The notes under the pieces were generated by a model. The model was given only the letters and a program-made list of their open reading frames with translations. It was not told the DNA's origin and did no database searches. Below, piece after piece: positions 1-10,626 of a stretch of DNA of 64,000 nt (positions are counted from its first letter, which is position 1; each line of letters starts with the position of its first letter). The translations under genes were made by a program, and so were the position numbers. The stretch is from Flectonema sp. DT1601 (taxonomy: Eukaryota): contig OZ025786.1 in the NCBI GenBank assembly GCA_964019425.1, forward strand, positions 1,426,001 through 1,490,000, read 5' to 3'.

Positions 1-456
1 GGATCAGTCAACTATGGTCGAATAGGAGCTGTTGGACAACGTTTTGTTGCAGCAATTGGTCCATGTGTTCCTCTATCACAAAGTCTATGCTCTGCAGCTA
101 AAGAACTTGGTGTTTGTTGTTTATATGGATCGACTGACAGTATCCTCAGCAGAGAAACAAGTCGAATGTTTTCACACGCTCTTCGACCCGTAGATGAGTG
201 GACCGATCTTATACTTTATGGAAGACTCACTATAACACTTTATGAAGTTAACACCAAAGCTTTGATCCCTGAAATTAATGATCTCGAACAACAGGAAACC
301 CCCAACTGGGAGTGGTCTGACGACTATTGGAAAGCATTTCACAGTAACGACGTTTCCTCTATCGCTGTAGCAGCGACTGATAATTTAGTTCTGAGTAAGA
401 TTTTGGAACAGTTGTCGGAGGGTTCTCATTTGACTCATTCAATTATATTACAATGA
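1..456 (+). CDS. 3' end of a class III nucleotide cyclase-like protein (paralog of 24599-26878), truncated by the window start
   Basis: Frame 1 is open from base 1: GSVNYGRIGAVGQRFVAAIGPCVPLSQSLC...LRPVDEW...ITLYEV...WEWSDDYWKAFHSND. This aligns by eye with GSIQCGNVGSQDQRFVTVFGPCVSMCGLLC...LRPVGTW...ITIYEI...WGWCGYYREAFHSND of the 24.6-kb gene. Confidence 0.85.
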   Translation, partial: GSVNYGRIGAVGQRFVAAIGPCVPLSQSLCSAAKELGVCCLYGSTDSILSRETSRMFSHALRPVDEWTDLILYGRLTITLYEVNTKALIPEINDLEQQETPNWEWSDDYWKAFHSNDVSSIAVAATDNLVLSKILEQLSEGSHLTHSIILQ

Positions 457-800
457 TCCATTCATTACGTTTTGAAATCAAAAAAAAAAAAAAAAAAATT
501 GTATTTCCATACAATAATATTTACACATTTCTTTATATTGAAAACGAAAAAAAGAAATTCTGGGTCCATGCTCCCTGCGTTCTTTGGTCAGCTTTGTTGA
601 CACTGCCTATTAGTAATTTAAACTTTGCAGCCTCACAACGATATTCAGATGGGATCGTGGCGAGTGAACTTAAATAACGAACGTTGCCAATTATTTTCTC
701 CTCTGTCCTCAGCTATTTAATTAATTTACCGGTTTTTTTTCCTTCATTCTTTCTCCCTTTCCAGCACGTGCGGGTTTAAAAAAAAAAAAAAAAAAAAAGA

Positions 801-1478
801 ATGCCAAAAAAAAAAAAGGGAAAGGGAGGTTCAAAAAAAGGAAAAGTTAAAACCGAAGTATCTGACAGCATCGAACAACTTCTTGAAGAAAGATATTATA
901 TGGGACCTAACTATGCAGAGAAAAGAAAAGAGAGATACAGAGCTAAAATAAACGAAGCATTTAAAATGTTTGAAAGACACGTTGAGGGAGGAACTCAAAA
1001 CCCCAGAGAACGAATATGTGATTGGAGGGAAGTAAAAACTATTGTGAGATCTCTTAACCTGAATCCAACGAAGGAACAGATTGCTTCGATCCTCGACGAG
1101 GTTGAAGAACCAGAACCGTCTGCTTTCATTCGCTACGATAAGTTCGAAGAAGTGTTACTCGACATTTTAGTAAACAGCGAATACGTTCCAAAGAACAAAC
1201 GCGTACCTGCTGAAGGAGAAGTTGAAGAATTCACATCCAACCTACTCGTCAGAGACTCAGAAGAAACAATCATTGAAGCATTTCGTGCCCTAGACACTGC
1301 TCATAAAGGTGACATCGAAGCAGAAGCTTTGGGAAACCTAATGATGAAATTCGGACGTGCTGGAGAGGATTTCGAAAGAGAAGAAGTAGTCGACATGGTT
1401 CAAGCGGCAGCAGATCCCGATTCTGGATTGATAAAATATGAAGACTCTCTTTATATTGATCAACTAGCCAATGATTAA
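801..1478 (+). CDS. DRC8: Calmodulin-like EF-hand protein, dynein regulatory complex subunit 8 (EFCAB2-like)
   Basis: KINEAFKMF...DWREVKTIVRSLNLNPT...EVEEPEPSAFIRYDKF...RDSEETIIEAFRALD...F..EEVVDMVQAAADPDSGLIKYED matches the EFCAB2/DRC8 pattern as recalled. Confidence 0.75.
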   Translation: MPKKKKGKGGSKKGKVKTEVSDSIEQLLEERYYMGPNYAEKRKERYRAKINEAFKMFERHVEGGTQNPRERICDWREVKTIVRSLNLNPTKEQIASILDEVEEPEPSAFIRYDKFEEVLLDILVNSEYVPKNKRVPAEGEVEEFTSNLLVRDSEETIIEAFRALDTAHKGDIEAEALGNLMMKFGRAGEDFEREEVVDMVQAAADPDSGLIKYEDSLYIDQLAND

Positions 1479-1830
1479 AGTTAACTATTGTCCCGCAAAT
1501 AACACTTGAGATTAGTAGAAATATTAATTTTTTTTTTCCCCTTCACCCTCCTTCCCCTTCCCCTAAGTACCCTTTCCGCGCAGTTGGTACCTTACGGCTC
1601 CAGGCGAAAGTAAAAAGTTAATTTCTTTTTTTTTTTTTTTAAAAAAAAAATAATTATTCACTTAATTTGACCAGATCAGAATAACAAAAAAAAAGGGAAT
1701 GATCCTCAGAGGGAAACATAAACAATCGACAACCTAAAAAAAAAAAAAAAAAAAAACAACATAAAAAAACCTATCTAAAACTACATAGAGTAGAATTAGA
1801 CATGAACGTGATCATTAAAAATTCGTAATT

Positions 1831-2802
1831 ATGTTGGAATCTTCAGCAGGCCACACTCCGTACAGCTCTGCCTTCAGTAGTCCTGTAGAAAAGGAATGGA
1901 GAGAAGCGCTTCGAATAACTGAGGAAAAGAGTAGAATGAGAAAAGGTCTCGAGTGGCGTGTAAAAGAAGAATCCGCTCACAGACGAACACACGTAAAACG
2001 ACACCAATGCGAACTGGAGAGAAAAGAAGAGGAGCTTAAATCTTTAAAGCATAGGTTGAAAGTGACATCTGTGTACGGCTCTGCCAACTACAGAGAAAAA
2101 TGGAAAAGCATTCAACGAGAATACGACGCGACGGTTAAAAAATTATCGGAAGCTGAAACTGACAACCAAGTAATACGAGATAAGTTAAGAGAAGCCGCTT
2201 CCATGGCCAGCAATGCTGAAGAACAAAATCGAAAATCAAATTTAACAAATGATTCCTTACGACAACAACTTGAATTATTAAAAAGTGAAGTGTGGAATTG
2301 GAAGCACTCCATAACCAAAGGCGCTTCTGCGACAAACGTGAATTTAAAAAACCTCATCGAAGCTAATAACGCTCTGAGTCGTAGGGTTGCAACGTTGGAA
2401 ACATTAAACCAAAAACACTTGTCTGAAAAATATTCTGCCGAGGAAGAACTCCTCATCACAAAAAGACAACTCGCAACTTTATCATCGCAGTTTAAAGATT
2501 TATCACAGACGAACACACCTGTGATTGTAAAACAACTACCTGAAGTAACCATTCATGGCTCTTTGTACACACCACGTTCGTATAGTCCAAGACCAACTGT
2601 AAAAGGATTGTCCGTCAGTTCACATTCTTCACCAAAAGTTCAAGGACGCTCAGTTAGAATGGTTTTTACTCCGCAACCTCCATCGACATCTCAATCACCT
2701 GATGTGGGTAATAGCTATAACAACTCTACTAGTGATAATAAAATTAGACCTTGGTGTAGTACACTACCTCCTGGTGCTGGTCAATCAAAATCTTTATTCT
2801 AA
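1831..2802 (+). CDS. Coiled-coil protein with Ser/Pro-rich tail, unknown function
   Basis: 323-aa ORF with an E/K/R/Q/L-rich heptad-like central region. Confidence 0.75.
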   Translation: MLESSAGHTPYSSAFSSPVEKEWREALRITEEKSRMRKGLEWRVKEESAHRRTHVKRHQCELERKEEELKSLKHRLKVTSVYGSANYREKWKSIQREYDATVKKLSEAETDNQVIRDKLREAASMASNAEEQNRKSNLTNDSLRQQLELLKSEVWNWKHSITKGASATNVNLKNLIEANNALSRRVATLETLNQKHLSEKYSAEEELLITKRQLATLSSQFKDLSQTNTPVIVKQLPEVTIHGSLYTPRSYSPRPTVKGLSVSSHSSPKVQGRSVRMVFTPQPPSTSQSPDVGNSYNNSTSDNKIRPWCSTLPPGAGQSKSLF

Positions 2803-2970
2803 ACAAACAATCCACTATTGCCTTTCTACTGTCTTTCCAGACAGCAGGAAAATCAAATGGGGTTGTCTATTTTATTATTTTTTTTTTTGTTCTTTTTTAC
2901 TATATGATTGAGTGATTATTATTATTATTATTATTTTTTGCAGTTGTACAAAAAAAGCAAAAAAGAAATA

Positions 2971-4774
2971 ATGGAACAGGAAGTAGAGGTAAAGACAGAC
3001 AATCAATACTATAAATACATTGTTTGTTTATCAGTAAAAGCTGAGGGTAGGGATGGCAACCCATGGCCTTTGCAATGCACTGAATTCAGATTGGTCGTTG
3101 TAAATGTTTTAAAATGTCGCATCGCAGAAAGACTTGTCGTCAAAGTCAACAAATTCGCAGATGCGATAACCCAAATAGACGATTTCTTAGAGGCTAGGAA
3201 ACTGTTATTTCCTCAAGTAGTGTTCTTGACAAAATCAAGATGGCAACTCGACACCTGCATCAAATGGGAAGCCGCATGTAAAGAAGTCAACCTACAACAT
3301 TCTCATTGGTGTTTTCATCTTGACGCCAGAGTCGAATGTCTCAAAGCCGACCTTGGATCAAAACTGTCGCACACAATAAATAAACTAAGCATCACTGACT
3401 CAAGCCCTGAGGATATATTAGCGAAGATAACGATATCTTTATTGCAAAGAGGACATCATTTCAAAAGTCCACAGTCTGCTAGTAACACGTTACTAAGTAC
3501 AATTCAAAATCAATGGCTTTTCGGAGGAAACGAAACCGACGAAATTGGACAAGCAATTCTAGAAAGAAGCGCAGTCGTACTGACGGGAATCCCTCGAAAA
3601 GGACGTTCTGATGTTACGGCAGCTGCGGCAGCAAAGTTCGCATTGCCTATTGAAGTTTCAGTTGATTATATTATTGTTGATCCAAATCCTGAAGCAGCAA
3701 GTGTTCAAGTGTACTTCGTCCTTCCAGACTCTGAAAGTTGGCAATTACTATTAACTTATTATAATAGAGACTTCGCTGGTAATTCCGATATTGATATTCT
3801 TCCAGTGACAATAAAAGAAGTTGAGGATCATGGATGGAGGCAACCACCTCCAGCGCCTTTAGGACCACCAGCTTCACTGTCATTGTATCCGTCGACGTTA
3901 CCAATTCATTCAATGAGTTATGCTGGTTGTGATTCGTATGACTGTAGTCATTTTGATTATTATGGTTCGAGTATGGGTTCTCAATCACATACTCCCTATC
4001 ATCCTCATGGACCTGTAGATGAACTCTCTAATAATGTTGTTGTATTGCGGTATTTATTTTGTTATTTCTAATTGTGTTTTTTCATATTTAAGACAACAAC
4101 AACAACAACAACAACACCAACAGTGGTCTTCCGTTCGCCACAAATGAAATTGATATTGCGCAGTTTTTAGAAGGGGTTCAGATAGTAAGTCAAGGGATTC
4201 ATCTGATATTCACAGCAGACAATAAAAGCTGTGGAGAGGTATGTAAATTCACTTGATAATCGATACTTATTAAAAAATCACAAATCAACTACATAATAAC
4301 AACAGTGTTTCGTTGAGGTCTGTGGCACTGATGATGTCCAACTCGCTGTTGCGATCTCCGGTAAGAAAATAGGTCATAGATACATTGAAGTCTCAAGAAG
4401 CAGCAAAGGAAAATTAATTAAAATAATGGAACAGGCGATAAAGGTATACATTTAACAAGTATTGTAAGAACGAAAAAAAAAGAATGTTGGGGACAGCACA
4501 CACGTAAAGCTCCTTTAGCTTTGTATCAGTTTTTAAGTCGGTTTCACAGGTTCTCGTGACACAAACAAAAAAAAACATCAACAAGTGGTTTATTTACTAT
4601 TTTCTGTATAATTTTGAGATAAAATCAATTATTTTTTTTAAAACAAAAATAACACAGTTTGGAACCCCGATGGAGGAAGAACCATCTCTCGCAAGTCAGT
4701 TTCAATTGTCTGAAAGCTACATCTTCAGACACAAGTATCACCATTCACCCATAATACACAGTCACATGTACTGA
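2971..4774 (+). CDS. ESRP/hnRNP F/H-like quasi-RRM RNA-binding protein, 4 exons (2971-4049, 4124-4238, 4306-4443, 4658-4774)
   Basis: Splicing GT-AG introns 4050-4123, 4239-4305 and 4444-4657 restores VVVLRGLPFATNEIDIAQFL...GIHLIFTADNKSCGECFVEV...GHRYIEVSRS, a typical qRRM. The N-terminal region loosely resembles the degenerate DnaQ-like domain of ESRP proteins (weak). Confidence 0.8.
4449..4632 (+). repeat. Interspersed repeat family B, copy inside intron 3 of the qRRM gene
   Basis: catttaacaagtattgtaag...gaatgttgg...cacgtaaagctcctttagcttt...tcagtttttaagtcggtt...cgtgacacaaacaaa... is shared with the copies at 5684, 20681 and (reverse) 50811. Confidence 0.9.
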
Positions 4775-5683
4775 TAGGAATTACCTTCTCTTATATTGTG
4801 CAATTATTTAGCATTATTCATCACCGGGTTGGAACCTGCACAGTTCCCCCGACCCTTTTGTTTTAATTTTCTTTTATACGTTTAACTGATGACAGGATGG
4901 AGGGAAAGTCTTTGTCTGTCAAAATTAATCATATTGTTTTTATTTTATAATTTTTCCCCTGGAAGAGGATGATATTTATGGATTGTGCAAACCATGTGTT
5001 ATTATCAGTGTTTTATTCAAAAAAAATTTTTTTTTGAAGGGGGGAGGGAAAAAAAAATTGTTAAATTCAGGATATCCGTGAGGACCTCGGTCTTCAATTA
5101 TTTTTCTGTACTAAAAAATAACTTGGTTAGAGAGAGAGAATTAAAAGTTTTCTCTTTTTTTTTTTTTGAGTTATTTTTTAATTTTTAATTTTTAATTTTT
5201 AATTTTTAATTTTTTTTTTTTTTGTTTAGTTCTGTTGATTGAATCGCCTCAGAATTGCCATTGATGCAAAAAATAATTTTTATTTTATTTTAAAAAATAC
5301 CAACAAAACCATATTGTTATTGTTCCGGTAGAAAAAAAAAGAATGAGAAATTGTGAACAACGAAAAACTTCACTAATTTCCTTCATTAGGATTCCGTAAA
5401 AAGGTTATGTGTGCACAAATAAAAAAACAAAAAAAAGTGTTGAGTAAGAAAAAAAAAAAAAAAAAACAGTAATCGGTCGATTCCTTTTTTTTTTTTTTTT
5501 TTTTTTTTTAAATTGTGTTTCAGCAAGTATAGCTTGTCATAATCAAAGAACTTAGTTGCTGTGGATAGCGTGCGTATTTTTTAATGAAAATTTTCTGGAT
5601 TCTCTTCCCTTTTTTAGTCAGTTTCGAGTTGCTTTATATCTAATAAACACATCAAGTTACCTTCAAATCCCATCAAATTCACA

Positions 5684-5787
5684 GCGTTTAACAAGTGTTG
5701 TAAAAAAGAATGTTGGACAGCATCACGCAAACCTCCTTCAGCTTTATCAGTTTTAAGTCGGTTCACGGTTTTCGTGACACAAACAAA
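5684..5787 (+). repeat. Interspersed repeat family B, partial copy
   Basis: gtttaacaagtgttgtaaaaaagaatgttggacagc...gctttatcagttttaagtcggttcacggttttcgtgacacaaacaaa. Confidence 0.85.
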
Positions 5788-6222
5788 TTATTTCTGATCA
5801 ATATAGGTGAAAGGAATTAATGGCTAAATAACATATTTGAGCTCTGGGGAAGGGGGAAAAAAAAAAAAAAAAAAAAAAAATGTGAATTTTTGTTGTAGGT
5901 TTGACATTTGGAAATATGTAGCAAGGAAGCTAATTACGCACTGATGTGCATATATCCCGTTATTAGAATCTGGGAAAAAAAAGTTTTTTATTTGCACTGA
6001 TGTGCTGTTTTTTGTTTGTTGTTGTTTTTTACTCAGTAATTTTACTTCTCTTATTATTATTTACATTTTAATGTTTTTTTTTGTGTGATTTCACCAGATC
6101 AGCTTTTTTTTATATTTTTTTTTATTTTTATTATATTTTTTTTTTTTTCCCTTTCTTCTTATTATTATTTTTTTTTTTTAAAAATGTGTTTCACTATTCC
6201 TTTAAAGGAGAAGCTCTGCAAC

Positions 6223-6261
<39 letters not shown>

Positions 6262-6537
6262 GCTTATCGATATCGATATTCTGACAGCATTACGTGTTTG
6301 TCCGAAAAAAAATCAACCATACCACGAAACCTTCAAGGGTTTTGTTATTTATTTATTTTATTTTGTTGAAATTAATTTTGATTATTATTTATTAACTCCT
6401 CTCCACAGACAGAAACCCTACTCATTAAATCTACTCACTTATGAAGTTTCAGTGTATTATTGAGGTATAAAGAAAAAGAAATATAATATTATATAAACAA
6501 AAATATCAGTTGGCTGTTATTAAAAAAAAAAAAAAAA

Positions 6538-7506
6538 ATGGAAATTTCAAGCAATACGATGATTGAAATCACAGTGAGGAGGGATGATGTTTGTACCATT
6601 GTCGAAGTAGCTTGGGATGGTATTGTTGAAAACTTACTTGGTGAGAATGAGCTCGCTGTACTCGAGGGTGAAGTTCTCGATCGCAATCAGACAATCGAAG
6701 ACTCTGGAATCACAACAGAGTCTATCGTCACTATAGTAAACGAACGATGTTTAAACCTACGAGATTTAAAAAAATTAGGCAGATTTCATGTTCCTTATCC
6801 CAAACTATGCACAGCCAACGAAGAAGAATTGATATGCATCGAATCAAGCAACAGCATTAGCGTAGTCGCTTCTGATGGTGAAAAATCTGTTGTCGCTAAT
6901 ATTCCTGTTGGGACACAGCCATTGGACTTGTGCGTGTTGTCTGATTACTTCTTTGTGTTGGGAGTTAATACTGTTTTAAAGTATTCTTTACAAACTTGGG
7001 AAATCTCAGCAGCATTTACTTTAAATCAATCAGTCGAGCAGGTAGCTATAATTAGATGTTTTATGGACAATGAGGTCTACTCTATTTCAACTTTTAACAA
7101 CAGAGACGTTCAGTTGACAGAATGCAGTAATGGAGCTCAAGAAAAACAAATAACGTTAGCTTTAACAATTTCATTACTTCGGATTAACGCATGGGCTGGA
7201 GTAAATCGTCGTCGTGTGGTCATGTGTTTCGATAACGGAGTTCGTCTTTATAGCGCTGAGACTGGAGCACATCTATTCTCTGTAAGTCTTGGTGATAAAT
7301 TCCCTATCAGCGTTGCATCTGATCCCGCAGGACGTGTCTTGATTCTTCACTATCAATCAATAACTCTCTTTCATGGAACAAGTGATGATGAGGTTCAACA
7401 CTTTCCTATTTGTTTACTCGCTTCTAACTTTCCTTGTAAGCTTTCGACTTCGAATCTGATACTTGCTGTTCCACAGCGTTATGGAGTTGAGCTCTTCGCT
7501 AATTGA
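6538..7506 (+). CDS. Hypothetical protein: possible N-terminal ubiquitin-like domain followed by a beta-rich (propeller-like) region
   Basis: 322-aa ORF. LEGEVLDRNQTIEDSGITTESIVTIV resembles a Ubl C-terminal half. Short beta-strand periodicity follows. Confidence 0.65.
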   Translation: MEISSNTMIEITVRRDDVCTIVEVAWDGIVENLLGENELAVLEGEVLDRNQTIEDSGITTESIVTIVNERCLNLRDLKKLGRFHVPYPKLCTANEEELICIESSNSISVVASDGEKSVVANIPVGTQPLDLCVLSDYFFVLGVNTVLKYSLQTWEISAAFTLNQSVEQVAIIRCFMDNEVYSISTFNNRDVQLTECSNGAQEKQITLALTISLLRINAWAGVNRRRVVMCFDNGVRLYSAETGAHLFSVSLGDKFPISVASDPAGRVLILHYQSITLFHGTSDDEVQHFPICLLASNFPCKLSTSNLILAVPQRYGVELFAN

Positions 7507-8124
7507 TGTCATTTTTATGTTTGTTTTTTTTTTTGTTTTTTTTTTGTCCGCGTTCAACGAACTATAAAATTGCTAATATTCATATTGTTCATGTGTTTCC
7601 CTTTTCCATACACAAAATGTGTACGAACAATCCAGACTATGAATCTTGAATCCCCTATACTTCAACCTGTTGTTGATTTCACTTGTGAGTGAATTATTAT
7701 TTGTTTAATAATCATTTGTGATACCTCTACTGTTGTCCTTTGTGTTAAAGTTGCGAATCTAACTTATCAACTGCTCTTACCGTTTTTTTTTTTTTTTTTT
7801 CGTTTTTTTATGTTGTCGGAATGTATTGCATCACCGTACCGAGGGATACATAAAGAACGGTAATTTTAATTTTTTTTTTTTTGCCAATCTTTTATCTCGT
7901 TATGGTATCGCATATCTGGGGAGTTGAATTTAATTTCCCTCCCTCTGAGTTGGTTTGGCAATCAGCGTATTTGAATTAGGTACTTGTGCGCGAAGGTTAC
8001 TATAGTTTTGTTATTGTGCGTGTTATCTATGACCCAACAAGTGGTTGAAAGCCGCGTGGGTTGCATTATTGTTGCTGCTTAGGAAGTGTTCCTACCCTCC
8101 TTTTTCTTCTTACCCCTATCCTTT

Positions 8125-8390
8125 TATTATGAACATGAAACTTAAAGTAACTACATTCCAGTCCTGCAAACTGGAATGACTCAGTCTCAACATTTGACTG
8201 ACTTACTTCTACACCATACTGATGAGAGAGAATAGAGGTAAGAGGTATATGGATTACTCTCGAAACCTATAGTTACTTTAATATGCTAAGTTGCGCATCA
8301 CCCTTAGTCACTGTATTTAAAACTAATGTTAAATTATCTTTATGTTTTATGATACAACACAGTTGTAATTTTTACAAAATCGAACATACA
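8125..8390 (+). mobile_element. Short non-coding retroposon-like element (family A) carrying a hammerhead ribozyme; 14-bp target-site duplication
   Basis: Flanked by the direct repeat TACCCCTATCCTTT at 8111-8124 and 8391-8404. Identical to 62193-62459 except for one T in a homopolymer. No ORF. Confidence 0.85.
8142..8281 (+). ncRNA. Hammerhead ribozyme, non-circularly permuted, within a larger structured RNA
   Basis: CCATA(8214-18)-CTGATGA(8219-25)-GAGAG(8226-30)...AGGT-A-TATGG(8243-52)...CTCTC(8257-61)-GAAA-CCT(8262-68). Closing helix TTAAAGTAACTA/TAGTTACTTTAA. Predicted cleavage after GUA at 8247. Confidence 0.75.
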
Positions 8391-8943
8391 TACCCCTATC
8401 CTTTATCTGGAAAAAAAGAACTTCCAACTAGATGTGGTAATGTTTAGCAATATTTATTATTTATTTATTAATGGAACGGCTACCTTCCTTAATATTATTT
8501 ATTTATATTGGCTAAAGGTCATGTCTAAGTTGTATTCATAACATATGGTTGAACTGACTGTGAAACGAAAGTAGCAACACAGTGACGATCTTGTTGACTG
8601 TGTTCACAGATTTTGGAATGATGTGGTCATCTTTTTATAAAGACCTAATCACCTTTTGAAAGCCATCGCTGTAAAGCTGTGTTGTGTTTGCCTCGTTTCG
8701 AAGTTAGTTGCGCAAGAGGGAAAAAAAAAAAAAAAAAAAAAAAAAAAACCATCCATTATACTACCACGACGTTTCATCGCGTTCGTATTTACCTTGCCCT
8801 CTGTTATTTCGCAGTACCCACTCGCTATTTGTTTTTTTTTATTCCCTTTTTGGTTCCTCCGAAAAAAGCTCGCTATTGTGATTATTACATGTCTGAGAAA
8901 AGTTTGACGTGTCATTTTCTTACTTCTTCTCTTCAGCACTATT

Positions 8944-10626
8944 ATGGTGAATCTCACTTCTCCGACTCATGAGGAATCGTCTAACCCGGTAAAGAACAGT
9001 GTTGGAAAGAAGAAAGAAAGAGAATTAACGTACTGGGTACATGGATTGCTCTCTGATGACGCATGGAGAATGTTGGATTCTCGAGGATGGCACAAAGTTG
9101 ATCCGGAAGAGCGAAAGCCACCTCTGTTTGCGAGATATCGAAGAACATGTAAGCACAGTATCGTTAAACAAGCTCTTGTTAGACCATTTCCTTATTCAAG
9201 TTGTTTATCTTATTGTTGTGATAAAAAACTTTTTTACATGGGGATGAGAGCATTCGGCTTCACTGCATCAGTACCAGAGACTTACACGTCGTATAACGCC
9301 CTCAGAAGAGTAGAAACAAGTGACAAACCAAACAAGGGTGAGGTTTGGTTTGTAAAGACAAGTGAAGGATGTCATGGTCGAGGTGTTCAAGTGTTTGATG
9401 ATTTCATAAGTTTAAAAAATCACATCAGATCATTACACAATGAACCGTTTGTTATCCAACGAGGTGTCTCTCACCTTCACCTAATCGAAGGAAGGAAGTG
9501 GACTGTTCGATCACACGTCCTCATCGGACCAGATCTACGATTGTATCGCTACGAGGACTCTGTTATTGTTATTCATGGAGCAGATTACGCTGCTGGAACT
9601 ACTGATCGAGCGGTGCAAATTCTTCACAACAGGAGAGCCTCACGGTATAGTTTAAATGAGGGACCAGCTTGTTACCTTCTTCCTTTGATCGATCCTCAAA
9701 TTGAGAGAATTTCAACTGAAGTAGCTAAGATTATTCAAGGTAAATTACTAAGGGCGGCAGCAGCCAATCCAAACACGTCGTTTTACGCTCTTTTGGGTCT
9801 TGACTTGATTGTTGATTCTAATCAGGTTGTTCACTGCTTGGAAGTAAACGAGTTCCCTCAGTTAGATTTCAGTTCTGATCCAAAAGCACATCGAATCGTG
9901 GTGAGAATGTTTGATGATTTCCTTAAACTGGTAGTATTTCCTGAAACATCACCAGAGCATTCTGCTGACTACCTTGAAACAGGTTGGTTACCCCTGCGCG
10001 AACAGCTTCCTGAAGTTGATCTCAACGTATCTGCGAAGGAAAGTCGCATATCTTCTCTCATAAAACTAAAAGACACCAGCACTTCTTCAATCTGCTACAG
10101 CACTGATAGTGAAAAGAAAGTTATAAAACTATTAATTGAAAGAGAAGGTATGGAACGAGAGCGCAGTATTCGCGAAGCTGAAAGAGAACGACAAAGGGAA
10201 CGCACAGCTAGGAAGTTGAAGGAAAAAGAAAGAGCGGAAATTGAAAAAGCTGAGCTTCGATATTTGAAAATTAAAAAAAAATGCAGCACGGCTGAACTGA
10301 TCCCGGGATCTATCGGTAAGAATACCGTGCCTCCTCCTGCGTTAGTTGCGGCGTCTGTGCCAGTTCCACCTCCAGTTATAGCGAGGAAGCAGACTAATCG
10401 AAAGATTCTTCAGATGCATCGAATAGGAGTTCGAGTTAGTAATCATCGTAGCCATCCAACACATGTGACAAGTAGCCCTCCATCAAATGCTTCAATTAAG
10501 ACTGATTCAGATGTTCTCGCTGCGACTCTTCGCAATCCTCGTCAAACAGTTGTTCCTATTTGGGATCGACCCAAGTCATCACTATTACGAATACATGCTC
10601 GCAACCCTGGCCGACTACCTTCGTGA
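8944..10626 (+). CDS. Tubulin-tyrosine ligase (TTL/TTLL) family ATP-grasp protein
   Basis: Motifs WFVKTSEGCHGRGVQVF, FVIQRGV.HLHLIEGRKWTVRSHVLI and YALLGLDLIVD.....CLEVNEFP, with the ExN motif intact. A coiled-coil and basic tail follow. Confidence 0.85.
   Translation: MVNLTSPTHEESSNPVKNSVGKKKERELTYWVHGLLSDDAWRMLDSRGWHKVDPEERKPPLFARYRRTCKHSIVKQALVRPFPYSSCLSYCCDKKLFYMGMRAFGFTASVPETYTSYNALRRVETSDKPNKGEVWFVKTSEGCHGRGVQVFDDFISLKNHIRSLHNEPFVIQRGVSHLHLIEGRKWTVRSHVLIGPDLRLYRYEDSVIVIHGADYAAGTTDRAVQILHNRRASRYSLNEGPACYLLPLIDPQIERISTEVAKIIQGKLLRAAAANPNTSFYALLGLDLIVDSNQVVHCLEVNEFPQLDFSSDPKAHRIVVRMFDDFLKLVVFPETSPEHSADYLETGWLPLREQLPEVDLNVSAKESRISSLIKLKDTSTSSICYSTDSEKKVIKLLIEREGMERERSIREAERERQRERTARKLKEKERAEIEKAELRYLKIKKKCSTAELIPGSIGKNTVPPPALVAASVPVPPPVIARKQTNRKILQMHRIGVRVSNHRSHPTHVTSSPPSNASIKTDSDVLAATLRNPRQTVVPIWDRPKSSLLRIHARNPGRLPS

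Noticed and set aside
4885..4925. Other CTGATGA occurrences (~4886, ~20132, ~30016, ~47851, ~57877)
   Set aside because: None is followed by a stem II closed by GAAA with a matching cleavage strand.
8262..8290. Conventional minimal type I hammerhead reading (GAAAC-cuaua-GUU then stem I)
   Set aside because: The bases after GUU (acuuu) do not pair with CCAUA. The internal AGGUA-UAUGG strand satisfies both stems I and III perfectly.
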